Shown: piece by piece, positions 51,599-62,282 of the stretch
Layout of the letters: every line of letters begins with the position of its first letter
Numbering within the stretch: the first letter of the stretch is position 1
Assembly (NCBI GenBank): GCA_019358915.1
Contig: JAHHIM010000024.1
Span: 1 to 64,000 of the forward strand
Source of the DNA: Trichormus sp. ATA11-4-KO1
Lineage (GTDB): Bacteria; Cyanobacteriota; Cyanobacteriia; Cyanobacteriales; Nostocaceae
Direction of reading: 5' to 3'
DNA length: 64,000 nt
Position numbers and translations under genes: made by a program
The notes under the pieces: generated by a model
The model's database searches: none
What the model was told of the DNA's origin: nothing
What the model saw: only the letters and a program-made list of their open reading frames with translations

Positions 51599-52000
51599 CT
51601 TACAAAAGCTATTTTTTTGAGTAAATTCAGTGGATACTGGTTAAATCGTGAAATTTTCAATCAGTAAAGAGGCATTACCTAAGATTGGGCTAATTTAGGC
51701 AATGTTCATTAATCACTCTTGACATTAATCGATATTACTTAGATATACATATCATAAGGCATAAGTTTCTGTTTGCAGCCATGAATAACTCTCTAAAATC
51801 AACATTAGCCTCATGATTACATGGCTTAAAATTAGATATGGATAACCCTTAACCTGACAAAGACTTGTTGACACCAATTATTCAATTCCTCAATTACGAA
51901 TTGCCTTACAGGTTCGCGAGTTTGCCAAACTTCTTTAAAGAAATTACCCGAACGACGCCAAGCGCCAAGATGGCGACTCGCTCACGAATTAAGAATTAAT

Positions 52001-53674
52001 ATGACTGTATTTGCCTCTGAACGCCTCTTATTCACTCCCACCACTCCCAACACCGATGCGATACCGCTAATTTTTGCCTTTCCTAATGAGTACAGCGTCG
52101 GTATCACCAGCCTCGGCTATCAGGTGGTGTGGGCTACTTTGGCTATGCGTGAAGATGTGCAGGTGAGTCGCTTATTTACCGATATTCAGGAACAACTTCC
52201 CCGCAACCCGAAAATTGTAGGATTTTCGCTTTCCTGGGAACTAGATTATGTAAATATTTTAAATTTACTCGAATCTCTAGAAATTCCTATTCGGGCTACT
52301 TTCCGTGATGATTCACATCCCATAGTTTTTGGTGGTGGCCCTGTACTCACTGCTAACCCGGAACCTTTTGCAGACTTTTTTGATGTCATCTTACTAGGTG
52401 ATGGAGAAAATCTACTGCCTAATTTTATTGAGGTGTACAAAGAAGTTAGAAACGCCTCTCGCCAGACTCAGTTAAAAGCATTGGCGCAAATTCCAGGAAT
52501 TTACGTTCCTAGTTTATATGAGGTGGAATATCAGGCAAAAGATGGTGCAGTGAAGTCAATTAAACCAATTTTCCCAGAAATTCCCGCAGTGGTGCAAAAG
52601 CAAACTTACCGAGGAAATACCCTTGCATCATCAACTGTAGTGACTGAAAAAGCCGCCTGGGAAAATATTTACATGGTAGAAGTGGTACGAAGTTGTCCAG
52701 AAATGTGCCGCTTCTGTATGGCAAGTTATCTGACATTGCCTTTTAGAACAGCCAGTCTGGAAAGTTCTTTGATTCCAGCCATTGAAAGAGGTTTACAAGT
52801 TACAAATCGCTTGGGTTTATTGGGTGCTTCGGTAACTCAGCATCCAGAGTTTGAGGCTTTGCTAAATTATATTAGTCAGCCAAAATATGATGATGTGCGT
52901 TTGAGTATTGCCTCAGTGCGAACCAATACAGTAACTGTGCAGCTGGCAGAAACTTTAGCAAAAAGAGACACGCGATCGCTTACCATTGCTGTAGAAAGTG
53001 GTTCGGAAAAACTCCGCCAAATTATCAACAAAAAGTTGCATAACGATGAAATCATCCAAGCTGCGGTAAACGCCAAAGCTGGAGGCTTGAAAAGTCTGAA
53101 ACTCTACGGGATGGCAGGAATTCCCGGTGAAGAACCAGAAGATTTAGCACAAACCGTAGATATGATGCTGAGTATCAAAAAAGCTGCCCCAGGACTGCGA
53201 TTAACACTAGGATGTAGCACCTTTGTACCCAAAGCCCATACACCATTTCAATGGTTTGGGGTGAATCGCCAAGCGGAAAAGAGGTTACAATTTTTACAAA
53301 AAAAACTCAAACCTCAGGGTATAGAGTTTCGCCCCGAAAGCTATAATTGGTCGATTATACAGGCTTTGATATCCAGAGGCGATCGCCGACTCTCACAACT
53401 GCTCGAATTAACCCGTGAATTTGGCGACTCTTTAGGTAGCTACAAACGAGCTTTCAAACAACTCAAAGGACAAATCCCCGACTTAGAGTTTTACGTCCAC
53501 ACCAATTGGTCAACAGAACAAATCTTACCTTGGAATCACTTGCAAGGGCCGCTACCACAGTCTACACTACTGAAGCACTTGGCTGATAGCTTATATGGCA
53601 GCCATGATGAAGAAATGAAAAGTAAAAAAACGAATTTCTTTAAATCTGATTTAAAACTACATGGCATAGCCTGA
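52001..53674 (+). CDS. B12-binding-like radical SAM protein
   Basis: CPEMCRFC motif, GGP..TANPEP, ESGSE, FVPKAHTPFQW. Confidence 0.9.
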   Translation: MTVFASERLLFTPTTPNTDAIPLIFAFPNEYSVGITSLGYQVVWATLAMREDVQVSRLFTDIQEQLPRNPKIVGFSLSWELDYVNILNLLESLEIPIRATFRDDSHPIVFGGGPVLTANPEPFADFFDVILLGDGENLLPNFIEVYKEVRNASRQTQLKALAQIPGIYVPSLYEVEYQAKDGAVKSIKPIFPEIPAVVQKQTYRGNTLASSTVVTEKAAWENIYMVEVVRSCPEMCRFCMASYLTLPFRTASLESSLIPAIERGLQVTNRLGLLGASVTQHPEFEALLNYISQPKYDDVRLSIASVRTNTVTVQLAETLAKRDTRSLTIAVESGSEKLRQIINKKLHNDEIIQAAVNAKAGGLKSLKLYGMAGIPGEEPEDLAQTVDMMLSIKKAAPGLRLTLGCSTFVPKAHTPFQWFGVNRQAEKRLQFLQKKLKPQGIEFRPESYNWSIIQALISRGDRRLSQLLELTREFGDSLGSYKRAFKQLKGQIPDLEFYVHTNWSTEQILPWNHLQGPLPQSTLLKHLADSLYGSHDEEMKSKKTNFFKSDLKLHGIA

Positions 53675-53733
53675 AAATTATACTGTATAAGACTTTGGTG
53701 CTAAACTTTAAATTTGAATCAGGAGCAAGTCTC

Positions 53734-54345
53734 ATGTTTCAAGCTTTGCCAAAAACAGTAACTTTTGCAGAATTCCTAAATTGGAAGCCAGACGGTAAAT
53801 GTTATGAACTACATGATGGAGTGATTGTTGAAGTGCAGCCAGTAGGAGATCATGAAGAGATTAATGGTTTTTTAGCTGGCGAAATCACTCTAGAGTTCAA
53901 ACGATTAAAACTTCCTTATCTCATACCCAAGCAAGCATTAATCAAAGTTCCTGCAAGAGAATCTGCTTATTCACCTGATGTAATTGTCATCAATCAAAAG
54001 CATCTTTCATCAGAACCAATGTGGAAAAAGTCTTCGACAGTGACTGAGGCTGCATCTGTTCCTTTAGTTATTGAAGTCGTCAGTACTAATTGGCAAGATG
54101 ATTATGCACACAAGCTAGTTGACTATGAAACTTTTGGTGTTCCTGAATATTGGGTTGTTGACTATTTAGCTTTGGGTGGTAGGCGATACATAGGTAATCC
54201 CAAACAACCTACGATTTCTATTTACTATTTAGTGGAAGATGAGTATCAAGTTAACCAGTTTCGAGGTAGCGATCACATAATATCGCCTACATTCCCAGAA
54301 TTGAATTTGACTGCTGAACAAATTTTTCAAGCTGGGCGACCTTAA
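53734..54345 (+). CDS. Uma2 family endonuclease-like protein
   Basis: YEL.DG.IVE, PDV, IEVVSTNW.DDY..KL.DYE..GVPEYWVVD; ATG at 53734 after AGGAG. Confidence 0.88.
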   Translation: MFQALPKTVTFAEFLNWKPDGKCYELHDGVIVEVQPVGDHEEINGFLAGEITLEFKRLKLPYLIPKQALIKVPARESAYSPDVIVINQKHLSSEPMWKKSSTVTEAASVPLVIEVVSTNWQDDYAHKLVDYETFGVPEYWVVDYLALGGRRYIGNPKQPTISIYYLVEDEYQVNQFRGSDHIISPTFPELNLTAEQIFQAGRP

Positions 54346-54464
54346 TCAAGAGCGATCGCCTAGCCCTGCTTATGTGGGAATATTAGATAATCTTTATTTG
54401 ACACTTTCCATAGACAAACTACCTAGAGTTTTTACATTTGCCTATCGTCTTACGAATTAACTCA

Positions 54465-54653
54465 ATGCAAACCACGGCAGATTATTATTGTGCCTATTGT
54501 GGCGAACCAAACTTAACCTTTATCGATTTAAGCGCTGGGTCACAACAATCTTATGTAGAAGACTGTCAAGTTTGCTGTAACCCCAACATTTTGTATGTGC
54601 GGGTTGATGAAGATACCCTAGATATCGAGATTGATACTGAATGCGAAGGCTAA
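54465..54653 (+). CDS. CPXCG-type cysteine-rich small protein
   Basis: CAYCGE...YVEDCQVCCNP. Confidence 0.85.
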   Translation: MQTTADYYCAYCGEPNLTFIDLSAGSQQSYVEDCQVCCNPNILYVRVDEDTLDIEIDTECEG

Positions 54654-54672
54654 ATTTTAGGTTTTTCTTTCC

Positions 54673-55122
54673 ATGCTGCACTTTCAACATTCCTCAGTAA
54701 TTAATGCACCACCCGAAGTAGTTTGGAAATTTCACGAAAGACCGGATATTTTGCAACTACTAAACCCACCTTGGCAACCAGTTCAAGTAGTCCGTCGTGA
54801 AGGAGGGCTGGAAGTGGGTGCTATCACCGAATTTCGTTTATTTTTGGGGCCATTACCTTTAACTTGGTTAGCGCGTCACACTGAATGTGAACAAAATTGT
54901 CTGTTTATCGACGAACAGATATCTGGCCCTTTTGAGTCTTGGGTACATCGACATGAATTTGCGCCAGAAAATGGTAAAACCAGGCTAACTGATGCTGTTG
55001 CTTTCTCAATGCCGGGTGGTGACACAATTGAATTTATCAGTGGTTGGTTAATCAAAGTGCAACTAGAAGCGATGTTTCGTTATCGTCATCATGTGACTAA
55101 ACGCGAGTGTGAGTCACGATAA
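54673..55122 (+). CDS. SRPBCC family protein
   Basis: I.AP.E.VW.FH, F.DEQ.SGPF..W.H.H.F. Confidence 0.85.
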   Translation: MLHFQHSSVINAPPEVVWKFHERPDILQLLNPPWQPVQVVRREGGLEVGAITEFRLFLGPLPLTWLARHTECEQNCLFIDEQISGPFESWVHRHEFAPENGKTRLTDAVAFSMPGGDTIEFISGWLIKVQLEAMFRYRHHVTKRECESR

Positions 55123-55326
55123 CGCGGTGAGATTAACATCGTGGCATTATCTAATGAGTCTTGTCTACGTTCCTGTACAGTGCCACATTAAATAACAGGG
55201 AGACAAATTTGTGTGGTCAAAGTTGAAGTTATATCTAGCGGCATCTGTGAAGAGAGGTGACTTTTGCTAGCGTAGAGATATGAAAAATTATTGCTCATTC
55301 ACAAATTAGCTTGCACACGAAATAAT

Positions 55327-56205
55327 ATGGCTCATTTAGATATTCGTCGCTGGGAAAATGTTAACGGTGATTTTTATGTAGATACTACTTGTATTGATTG
55401 TGATACGTGTCGCTGGATGGCACCTCAAGTATTTTCTCGTATCAATCAACAGTCCGCAGTACATCATCAGCCACAAAATGAAGTAGAAAGATTAGCAGCA
55501 CTCCAAGCACTTTTAGCTTGTCCAACTAATTCTATTGGTACAGTTGAGAAGCCATGTGATATCAAATTTGCTCAACAAAGTTTTCCAATTTTAGTTGATG
55601 AAAATATCTATCACTGTGGTTATCATTCGGAAAAATCTTATGGTGCTGCTAGTTATTTAATTCAAATTCCAGAAGGTAACATTTTAGTGGATTCTCCTCA
55701 ATTTTTATCACCTTTAGTCAAGCGTATAGAAGAAATGGGTGGAATTCGTTATATGTACTTAACTCACAGGGATGATGTAGCAGATCATCAAAAATTTGTT
55801 GAACATTTTCAATGTCAGCGTATTCTCCATATTGATGAAATTACTGCGGGTACTCGGAATGTAGAAATACAGCTAACTGCAAAAGAACCATTTGCTCTAA
55901 CTCCAGATTTGCTGATTATTCCCGTTCCTGGTCATACCAAAGGACATACGGTTTTACTGTACAAAAATAAATTTTTATTCACAGGCGACCATCTTGCTTG
56001 GTCAGAAAGCTTGCATCAGTTGGTAGCATTTCACGATGTCTGTTGGTATTCTTGGTCAGAACAGATAAAATCAATGTATAAGTTAGTTAAATACTCATTT
56101 GAGTGGGTACTACCTGGTCATGGTCGAAGATTTCATGCTGATGCTGACACCATGCGTCAGCAGATGAACAAGTGTATTGAGTTAATGGAATCAATCAGAA
56201 AGTAG
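55327..56205 (+). CDS. Ferredoxin-like domain fused to MBL-fold hydrolase
   Basis: CIDCDTC...CP, THRDDVADH, PGHT.GH, LPGHG; ATG at 55327. Confidence 0.88.
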   Translation: MAHLDIRRWENVNGDFYVDTTCIDCDTCRWMAPQVFSRINQQSAVHHQPQNEVERLAALQALLACPTNSIGTVEKPCDIKFAQQSFPILVDENIYHCGYHSEKSYGAASYLIQIPEGNILVDSPQFLSPLVKRIEEMGGIRYMYLTHRDDVADHQKFVEHFQCQRILHIDEITAGTRNVEIQLTAKEPFALTPDLLIIPVPGHTKGHTVLLYKNKFLFTGDHLAWSESLHQLVAFHDVCWYSWSEQIKSMYKLVKYSFEWVLPGHGRRFHADADTMRQQMNKCIELMESIRK

Positions 56206-56266
56206 CCATTAGCTTACAATGCTTCAAATTGCATTTGAACAGCTATAAGAAAATTACAAAAGATAC

Positions 56267-57085
56267 CTATTTATCCTGATTTTTTAGACCTTGTTGAGAA
56301 ACCCATTTCATCAAGCCAGGAAATAATCTGTATAAACCCTGCGACACATTTGCCGAACCCACCATTACTTCCGATTTTTGATGCTTAACTGCATCCCAAA
56401 TAGCATTTGCCACATCTTCAGGCTTCTCAATAACAGGATTTTTCAGCACATTATCAAGCTGTTGACGGCGGCTGGTAATATCTTGCTCATCCTTACCTCG
56501 AAAAACTGCCCGTTCCATAAAACTACTTTTGATTAAATTTGGATAAATCCCACAAACAGAAATACCTTTTGGCTGTAATTCTGCCTGCAATGATTCTGTT
56601 AATCCTGTCACCCCAAATTTACTAGTACAGTAAGGAACTAAATAAGCAGTAGGTACTTTTCCCCCAATAGAACTGACATTAACTATGGTTCCACTTCCCC
56701 GTTGGAGAAAATGAGGCAAAAGAGCATGGATAGTATGAATATATCCCCATAGATTAGTATCTATAACTTGGTGCCAATCGTTGAGCGAAAACTGTTCCAC
56801 TGGCCCTGATGCAAAAATACCTGCATTGTTTACCAGCACATCAATGTCAGCATAATGCTCCAAGGCATTTTTCACTAATGTATCTACCTGGGATGGATCT
56901 TTGACATCGCAAGTAATAGTTAATGGTGCTGTACGACCAAGGCTTTGTAATTCCTGTGCTGTGGCTGCCAAGGAGTCAGCATGACGAGCTGCAAGGACAA
57001 GGTTATATCCTTTTCGGGAAAATAAAAGTGCAGTTGCTTTACCAATGCCTTGAGAAGCACCTGTAATTATTACTGTAGGAGCCAT
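56267..57085 (-). CDS. Short-chain dehydrogenase/reductase
   Basis: TGASQGIG, NNAG, YCTSK. Confidence 0.92.
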   Translation of the reverse strand: MAPTVIITGASQGIGKATALLFSRKGYNLVLAARHADSLAATAQELQSLGRTAPLTITCDVKDPSQVDTLVKNALEHYADIDVLVNNAGIFASGPVEQFSLNDWHQVIDTNLWGYIHTIHALLPHFLQRGSGTIVNVSSIGGKVPTAYLVPYCTSKFGVTGLTESLQAELQPKGISVCGIYPNLIKSSFMERAVFRGKDEQDITSRRQQLDNVLKNPVIEKPEDVANAIWDAVKHQKSEVMVGSANVSQGLYRLFPGLMKWVSQQGLKNQDK

Positions 57086-57589
57086 ATTCTAAAATTAGAA
57101 TGTTATTTACTATCTATTTAGTCTGGGCAACAAGGCTCAAAAAAATCTTCTGACTTCCGTTAGATTTTTGATGAGATTTGGAATAGTATTTGGTCACTAT
57201 AATTCATTCATTGTGAAATTTTAGCTAGTAATGAATGGTGAAAAAACATCTACTCAATGAAATAATTATTTAATAAAAAGACTTCCGTGCAAAAATTCTC
57301 TAAATCTCATCCTTTAGACTTGCTGAGAATTTGGCACTAGAGACAGATAGCACTAAATGACCAGGTAAATATTATGAAAAATGTAATTAGATTTTTCAGG
57401 AAAATCCACAATGCAACTTTATTCTAGTGATGCAAATAACACTACATAAAATTGGCAAGAAGCGTCATGCCTTTAAGTTTGATTTTACGCCTCAGTCTGA
57501 AGTTGGAAGCGTGTTGCTGATCTATTAGGAAAAGAGGGAACAGAGGCATTTTCTCGCGATTGAATAGCTTGAGAAAGGCTGAGTCTGAC

Positions 57590-57757
57590 ATCTTGCACCA
57601 ACCCTTGGCGATTAAAATCGCAGCTATACAAACAAAGTCCGCCTTGCGGACTCAAGGAAAAACAAGGGTTTTGAACCCACGTAGGTGGCCTTCCCTCCGG
57701 GAAGACGCTACGCGTCGCGCCTGTGTAGCTGTGACTTCCAGTCGCCTGGTGCAAGAT
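57590..57757. mobile_element. MITE-like element, possibly with a nested small repeat
   Basis: Inverted ends ATCTTGCACCA...TGGTGCAAGAT, internal hairpins and a GC-rich GGGAAGACGCTACGCG segment. Confidence 0.7.
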
Positions 57758-58121
57758 ATGAGGAGTAGGGAAATGAGTAAGGGGGAGAATTTTTTTCTCC
57801 TGTTTCTCTGCTTGAGGATCTCAATGGTAACAATACAGTACAAAAGTACTATGTTGATGCTTCACGCTTCTGACTAATGAGTGACCATCCTTGCTTGCCA
57901 AAGATAACAATAGCAACATCTTTACCTGGGCGACTCAATAAGATCAGTTGTATGTGTAATAATAGTTAAAGTAACTTAACATTTCTACATAGTATAAAAA
58001 TGTTGGTATTGTCTAGTGTAGAACACTAACCACTAATAGACATTTCTAGCTCGTGGTTGGTGCTTTTTACTGTGACTATATTTTGAGAATTTTCACCTAA
58101 AATGCTACGCGGAGTAAAAGC

Positions 58122-58886
58122 GTGATCCAGTTAGAACAACCATATAAAAATCAAAAATCAATCACCCCAGAAGTAAAAAATAACGATTTATTTGGGGGAA
58201 TTTTTATAGCCATTGCCATTATTAGTATATGGGCTATTAGCTTGGGATTATTACTATTTATTGATATCTCAGAAATAAATTTTTTGATTTTATTGCCAAT
58301 TATCCTGTGGCAAACATTTTTATATACAGGATTATTTATTACTTCTCATGATGCTATGCATGGGGTAGTATTTCCCAAAAACACCAAAATCAACCATTTT
58401 ATTGGGTCATTAACCTTATCAATTTATGGTCTTTTATCATATCCAAAACTGTTAAAAAAGCATTGGTTACATCATCATAAACCAGTAAGTAAAATAGATC
58501 CAGACTTTCATGATGGTAAGCATAAAAACTTTTTTGCTTGGTATATTTATTTTATGAAGGGTTACTGGAGTTGGCAACAAATTATTACTTTAACTATTAT
58601 TTATAACATCGCAAAATCCATATTTCATATACCTGGTGATAATCTAACTTATTTTTGGGTAATTCCTTCCATATTAAGTTCATTACAATTATTTTATTTT
58701 GGGACTTTTCTGCCTCATCGTGAGCCAAAAGGCGGTTATATTCAGCCTCATTGTGCCCAAACTATTAACCGGCCAATTTGGTGGTCATTTATTACTTGCT
58801 ACCATTTTGGCTACCATAAAGAACATCATGAATATCCCCATATTCCTTGGTGGCAGCTACCACAAATTTATAAAATTTGTAAGTAA
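58122..58886 (+). CDS. crtW: Beta-carotene ketolase CrtW
   Basis: TGLFITSHDAMHG, HWLHH...DPDFH, CYHFGYH.EHH His boxes. Confidence 0.93.
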   Translation: MIQLEQPYKNQKSITPEVKNNDLFGGIFIAIAIISIWAISLGLLLFIDISEINFLILLPIILWQTFLYTGLFITSHDAMHGVVFPKNTKINHFIGSLTLSIYGLLSYPKLLKKHWLHHHKPVSKIDPDFHDGKHKNFFAWYIYFMKGYWSWQQIITLTIIYNIAKSIFHIPGDNLTYFWVIPSILSSLQLFYFGTFLPHREPKGGYIQPHCAQTINRPIWWSFITCYHFGYHKEHHEYPHIPWWQLPQIYKICK

Positions 58887-59132
58887 TCAGCAAAACCACA
58901 GAGGATCAAGGGAAGATGCATCTGATAAAAAAAAATAAAATCCTATTTGGTAGTCACGGATTCCTCTCTTGTTCAGGGTGATCAGGACTGGACTCAAGAC
59001 AGGGGAAATTGCACCTATCTTGTTCGGTTCTACGACTGTCGCTAGTACACAAAAGACTATAACCTCATAAGTAATGATGAAATACTTAATCTAAACGCCG
59101 CCAGCCGCTCTAAAATTAAGGGGTGAAAACCT

Positions 59133-60614
59133 GTGTACGAATGGATATTGCCAAGTCTGAGTGAAGTTTTAGCCGAAAGTCAATCAATCATGGCTGAATG
59201 TTCACCAACCAAAGCAGAGCGGCAATGGCGCGTCAGTTTAGCAGCGACAGAACAACTGCTAATCAACACTTTAGCAACCACTTCACCTGAGGCGAACCAA
59301 GGATTAGTGCTAGCTGCACCAGCACCCTTATTTAGTCAGCCTAGACTAACTCAAAGCTTACAAACTGTCACTTTTACAGCTAAGCCATTTAACCCCTTGG
59401 CACTGATGCCATTTCACATGCCAACAGTGATCGCCATGGCAGATGTAGAAAAGGTTCCCCACGAATCAGTACTACCCTTGCTACCTGCCGACCCACTGGC
59501 AGCAGAGCAATTTTGTTTGGTTTTTACAGAAAAATTTCGCTTAGTCTTAGTTTTAGCAGAACACAAAAACGGTAATAAAACATTTTCATTTTCTTTTGAG
59601 CCAGAAATAGTCCAGCAGGCTTGGCGATCGCTAGGCGCGCGGGTAATGCTGAGTAATCCAGAATTTTTTGCTGAACTGGATACATTAGTACAAAAATATG
59701 CTCCTGTGACAGCAGATTATCGGACTGTGATGCAGTTTAGCCAGTTGTTGCTTCAAGAATTAACACAACCAGAAGAAACTAAGGAAGCATCACAAAACCC
59801 TGGAGACTGGGGACAAAAGAGTGAGCCTCATCTTTATTGCCCAATTTCCCATCCCCAATCCTCAATTTCCCACACTCAATCTCCAGTCCCTGACATCGAA
59901 TTACTCCAAGCTTTTGCTCATGAAGTTCGCACTCCATTGACAACCATTCGCACCATGACGCGCCTGCTGCTGAAGCGGCGAGACTTACCAGCTAATGTAA
60001 TTCATCGGTTAGAAATTATCGACCACGAGTGTACCGAGCAAATTGATCGGATGGAGTTACTATTTAAAGCAGCAGAACTAGAAACTTGCACCTCGGTAAA
60101 ATCTCCAAACACTCAACTTACACCCATGTCGTTAGATCAAGTGTTGCAGCAGAGTATTCCTCGCTGGCAACAAGCAGCGCATCGGCGGAATTTGACTTTA
60201 GATGTGGTTTTACCCCAGCAACTGCCAACAGTGGTCAGTAATCCGAATATGCTGGATCAAGTACTCACCGGGTTGATGGAGAATTTCACTCGCAGCTTAC
60301 CACCAGGCGGTCATATTCAAGTACAGGTGATCCCGGCGGGAGACCAACTAAAATTGCAATTATCGCCCCAAATCCAATGCCAAGACACCAGTAAAGTAGC
60401 CGCAACTCCACCAATTCGTAAAGCCCTTGGTCAACTGCTGATGTTTCAGCCAGAAACAGGTACGATTAGCTTGAACATTGCCGCAACCAAGCATTTATTT
60501 CAGGCTATTGGCGGTAAACTAATTGTCCGCCAACGCCCACACAATGGGGAAGTTTTAACTATATTCTTGCCTTTGGAAGTCAGCAGTAAGCACAAGTTAG
60601 GAATTAGAAGTTAA
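59133..60614 (+). CDS. Sensor histidine kinase, Hik2/CSK-like
   Basis: DIELLQAFAHEVRTPL, IDHECTEQIDRM, FQPETG.ISL degenerate ATPase domain. Confidence 0.82.
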   Translation: MYEWILPSLSEVLAESQSIMAECSPTKAERQWRVSLAATEQLLINTLATTSPEANQGLVLAAPAPLFSQPRLTQSLQTVTFTAKPFNPLALMPFHMPTVIAMADVEKVPHESVLPLLPADPLAAEQFCLVFTEKFRLVLVLAEHKNGNKTFSFSFEPEIVQQAWRSLGARVMLSNPEFFAELDTLVQKYAPVTADYRTVMQFSQLLLQELTQPEETKEASQNPGDWGQKSEPHLYCPISHPQSSISHTQSPVPDIELLQAFAHEVRTPLTTIRTMTRLLLKRRDLPANVIHRLEIIDHECTEQIDRMELLFKAAELETCTSVKSPNTQLTPMSLDQVLQQSIPRWQQAAHRRNLTLDVVLPQQLPTVVSNPNMLDQVLTGLMENFTRSLPPGGHIQVQVIPAGDQLKLQLSPQIQCQDTSKVAATPPIRKALGQLLMFQPETGTISLNIAATKHLFQAIGGKLIVRQRPHNGEVLTIFLPLEVSSKHKLGIRS

Positions 60615-60628
60615 GAAGGGAATGGGGA

Positions 60629-62026
60629 TTATGGATTTTTTACAGCGATCGCTCTTGGTGTTTTGCGAACTCTTGGTAGCTGCACAATAAAGGTAGACCC
60701 TTCATCCAGCTTACTTTTAACATAAATAGCACCACCACAACGCCACAACAACCGTTTGACAATCGTTAAACCCAAACCAGCGCCACCCATATCTTCAGTA
60801 ACTCCCGAACGGACTCGATAAAAGCAGTCAAAGATTTTGGGAATTTCGTTTTCACTAATTCCCATACCTGTGTCGCGGAATTCTAATTGCACATAGTCGT
60901 TGTGAACACGCGTCCTTACCCACACTTGGCCACCATTGGGGGTAAACTTAATGCTGTTATGTAGCAGATTAATCACTATCTGCCTTAGTCCACCCATTAC
61001 ACACCACACACCGGGAAGTTCAGATGGTATGGTGTAAGCTAACATAATGCCTTTTTCATGAGCTACAGGCTGGTAAGTGCTCACTATCCCAGGCACAATA
61101 TCTGCAAGATTTACCAACTCTAAGTTCGTCCCCTCCAAATTATGCTCCAGATTTACCAAATCTAATAAACCTGTAATCAGAGTACTTTGGCGATCGCACT
61201 GGGTATTGAGCATTTGTAAATAACGTTGTCGCTGCGGTGGTTTAAGATTAGGCGAATTTAACAACGAAAGTGCTGTCTTCATGTGCGTTAGAGGTGTCCG
61301 TAGTTCTTGACACACACTGCTCAAGTATTCATCCTTAAGTTGCTCTTGGTTTTGTAGCTTTTGATTTTGCAGCCGCAACTTAGCGATGCGTTTAGTCGAG
61401 ATGTAGCAATTAATTTCCTCCTGTCGCTGGAGTTGTTTGGTCAACAGCTGACTCATAATTGCTGATGCGGATACACTTGGGCAAATCAAATCCGCAGGTA
61501 CAACAGATGATTCTGGTAACCTCGCCTGCTTAATGCCATCTAACACTCGCTGAATGACTCTTCCTTCAACAGTAGTTATAGCTAGTAAAGGCGGGTGTTT
61601 CTGGGTGTGCGCCTTCCCCATACCGTGGGTTTTATTTTTCAGCGATCGCTGCACTACAATTAAATTGCAAAACTGCGGCGACAACACTATGAGAAAGTAT
61701 TCCCGCCGCAATAGCCTATTTGGTGGTAGTTGCACGCAGACATGATTAGATGCGTTGAAATTTGCATTTCCTCTCATCTGGCAAGTATAGATCACGCCAG
61801 AACCACTCATCGAAGATTGATATCGCAATAATTCTGCGTCCCAAATTTTTCCTGGTGGTAGCTTAACCCAAAACGTTGCGGTGATCTGTTGCTCAATCAG
61901 TAAATCTATTTGTGACCTCACTAGAGATAGCAGAGTAGCAGGATTGAGGGGCAATGGTTGAGGAGGCGCTTGCGCTCCCAAAGCCAGCCGATAAACAGAT
62001 AGATCCTGACGCGGAGAATCATTCAT
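60629..62026 (-). CDS. DICT-like sensor with histidine-kinase-like domain lacking the canonical H-box His
   Basis: WVKLP and REYFL sensor motifs, CQELRTPL, NSIKFT, DTGMGI, GAGLGL. Confidence 0.8.
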   Translation of the reverse strand: MNDSPRQDLSVYRLALGAQAPPQPLPLNPATLLSLVRSQIDLLIEQQITATFWVKLPPGKIWDAELLRYQSSMSGSGVIYTCQMRGNANFNASNHVCVQLPPNRLLRREYFLIVLSPQFCNLIVVQRSLKNKTHGMGKAHTQKHPPLLAITTVEGRVIQRVLDGIKQARLPESSVVPADLICPSVSASAIMSQLLTKQLQRQEEINCYISTKRIAKLRLQNQKLQNQEQLKDEYLSSVCQELRTPLTHMKTALSLLNSPNLKPPQRQRYLQMLNTQCDRQSTLITGLLDLVNLEHNLEGTNLELVNLADIVPGIVSTYQPVAHEKGIMLAYTIPSELPGVWCVMGGLRQIVINLLHNSIKFTPNGGQVWVRTRVHNDYVQLEFRDTGMGISENEIPKIFDCFYRVRSGVTEDMGGAGLGLTIVKRLLWRCGGAIYVKSKLDEGSTFIVQLPRVRKTPRAIAVKNP

Positions 62027-62175
62027 GAGTACAGCACAACAAACAGGAAAAAGTAGTTATGTCATCGATTTTCACCCCTATGTGTACCTTTTTTACAAAA
62101 AAGCTACGGAAAAAATATAAATTATAAATTCACAAGGCTGAGATTCTAGGTATTAACCCTTTAAATATGACTCGT

Positions 62176-62258
62176 AAAATTTCTTTTTTTCTCGGCGCTC
62201 TCTGTGACTCTGCGGTTTAAAGTAATTTATTTAACCACAGAGGCGCAGAGAACACAGA
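62176..62258. repeat. Palindromic dispersed repeat related to 9410-9540
   Basis: CTCTGTGACTCTGCGGTT...AACCACAGAGGCGCAGAG. Confidence 0.7.
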
Positions 62259-62282
62259 GTTAAGAGATGGAAAGGGTTAATT

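Noticed and set aside
51390..51620. 76-aa ORF
   Set aside because: Overlaps the tRNA-His gene and its promoter.
57827..57849. NtcA site upstream of crtW
   Set aside because: GTA/TAC pairs are spaced 9 and 6 bp, not the required 8.
57485..57877. Three overlapping short ORFs
   Set aside because: They run through a GC-rich MITE-like element and look spurious.
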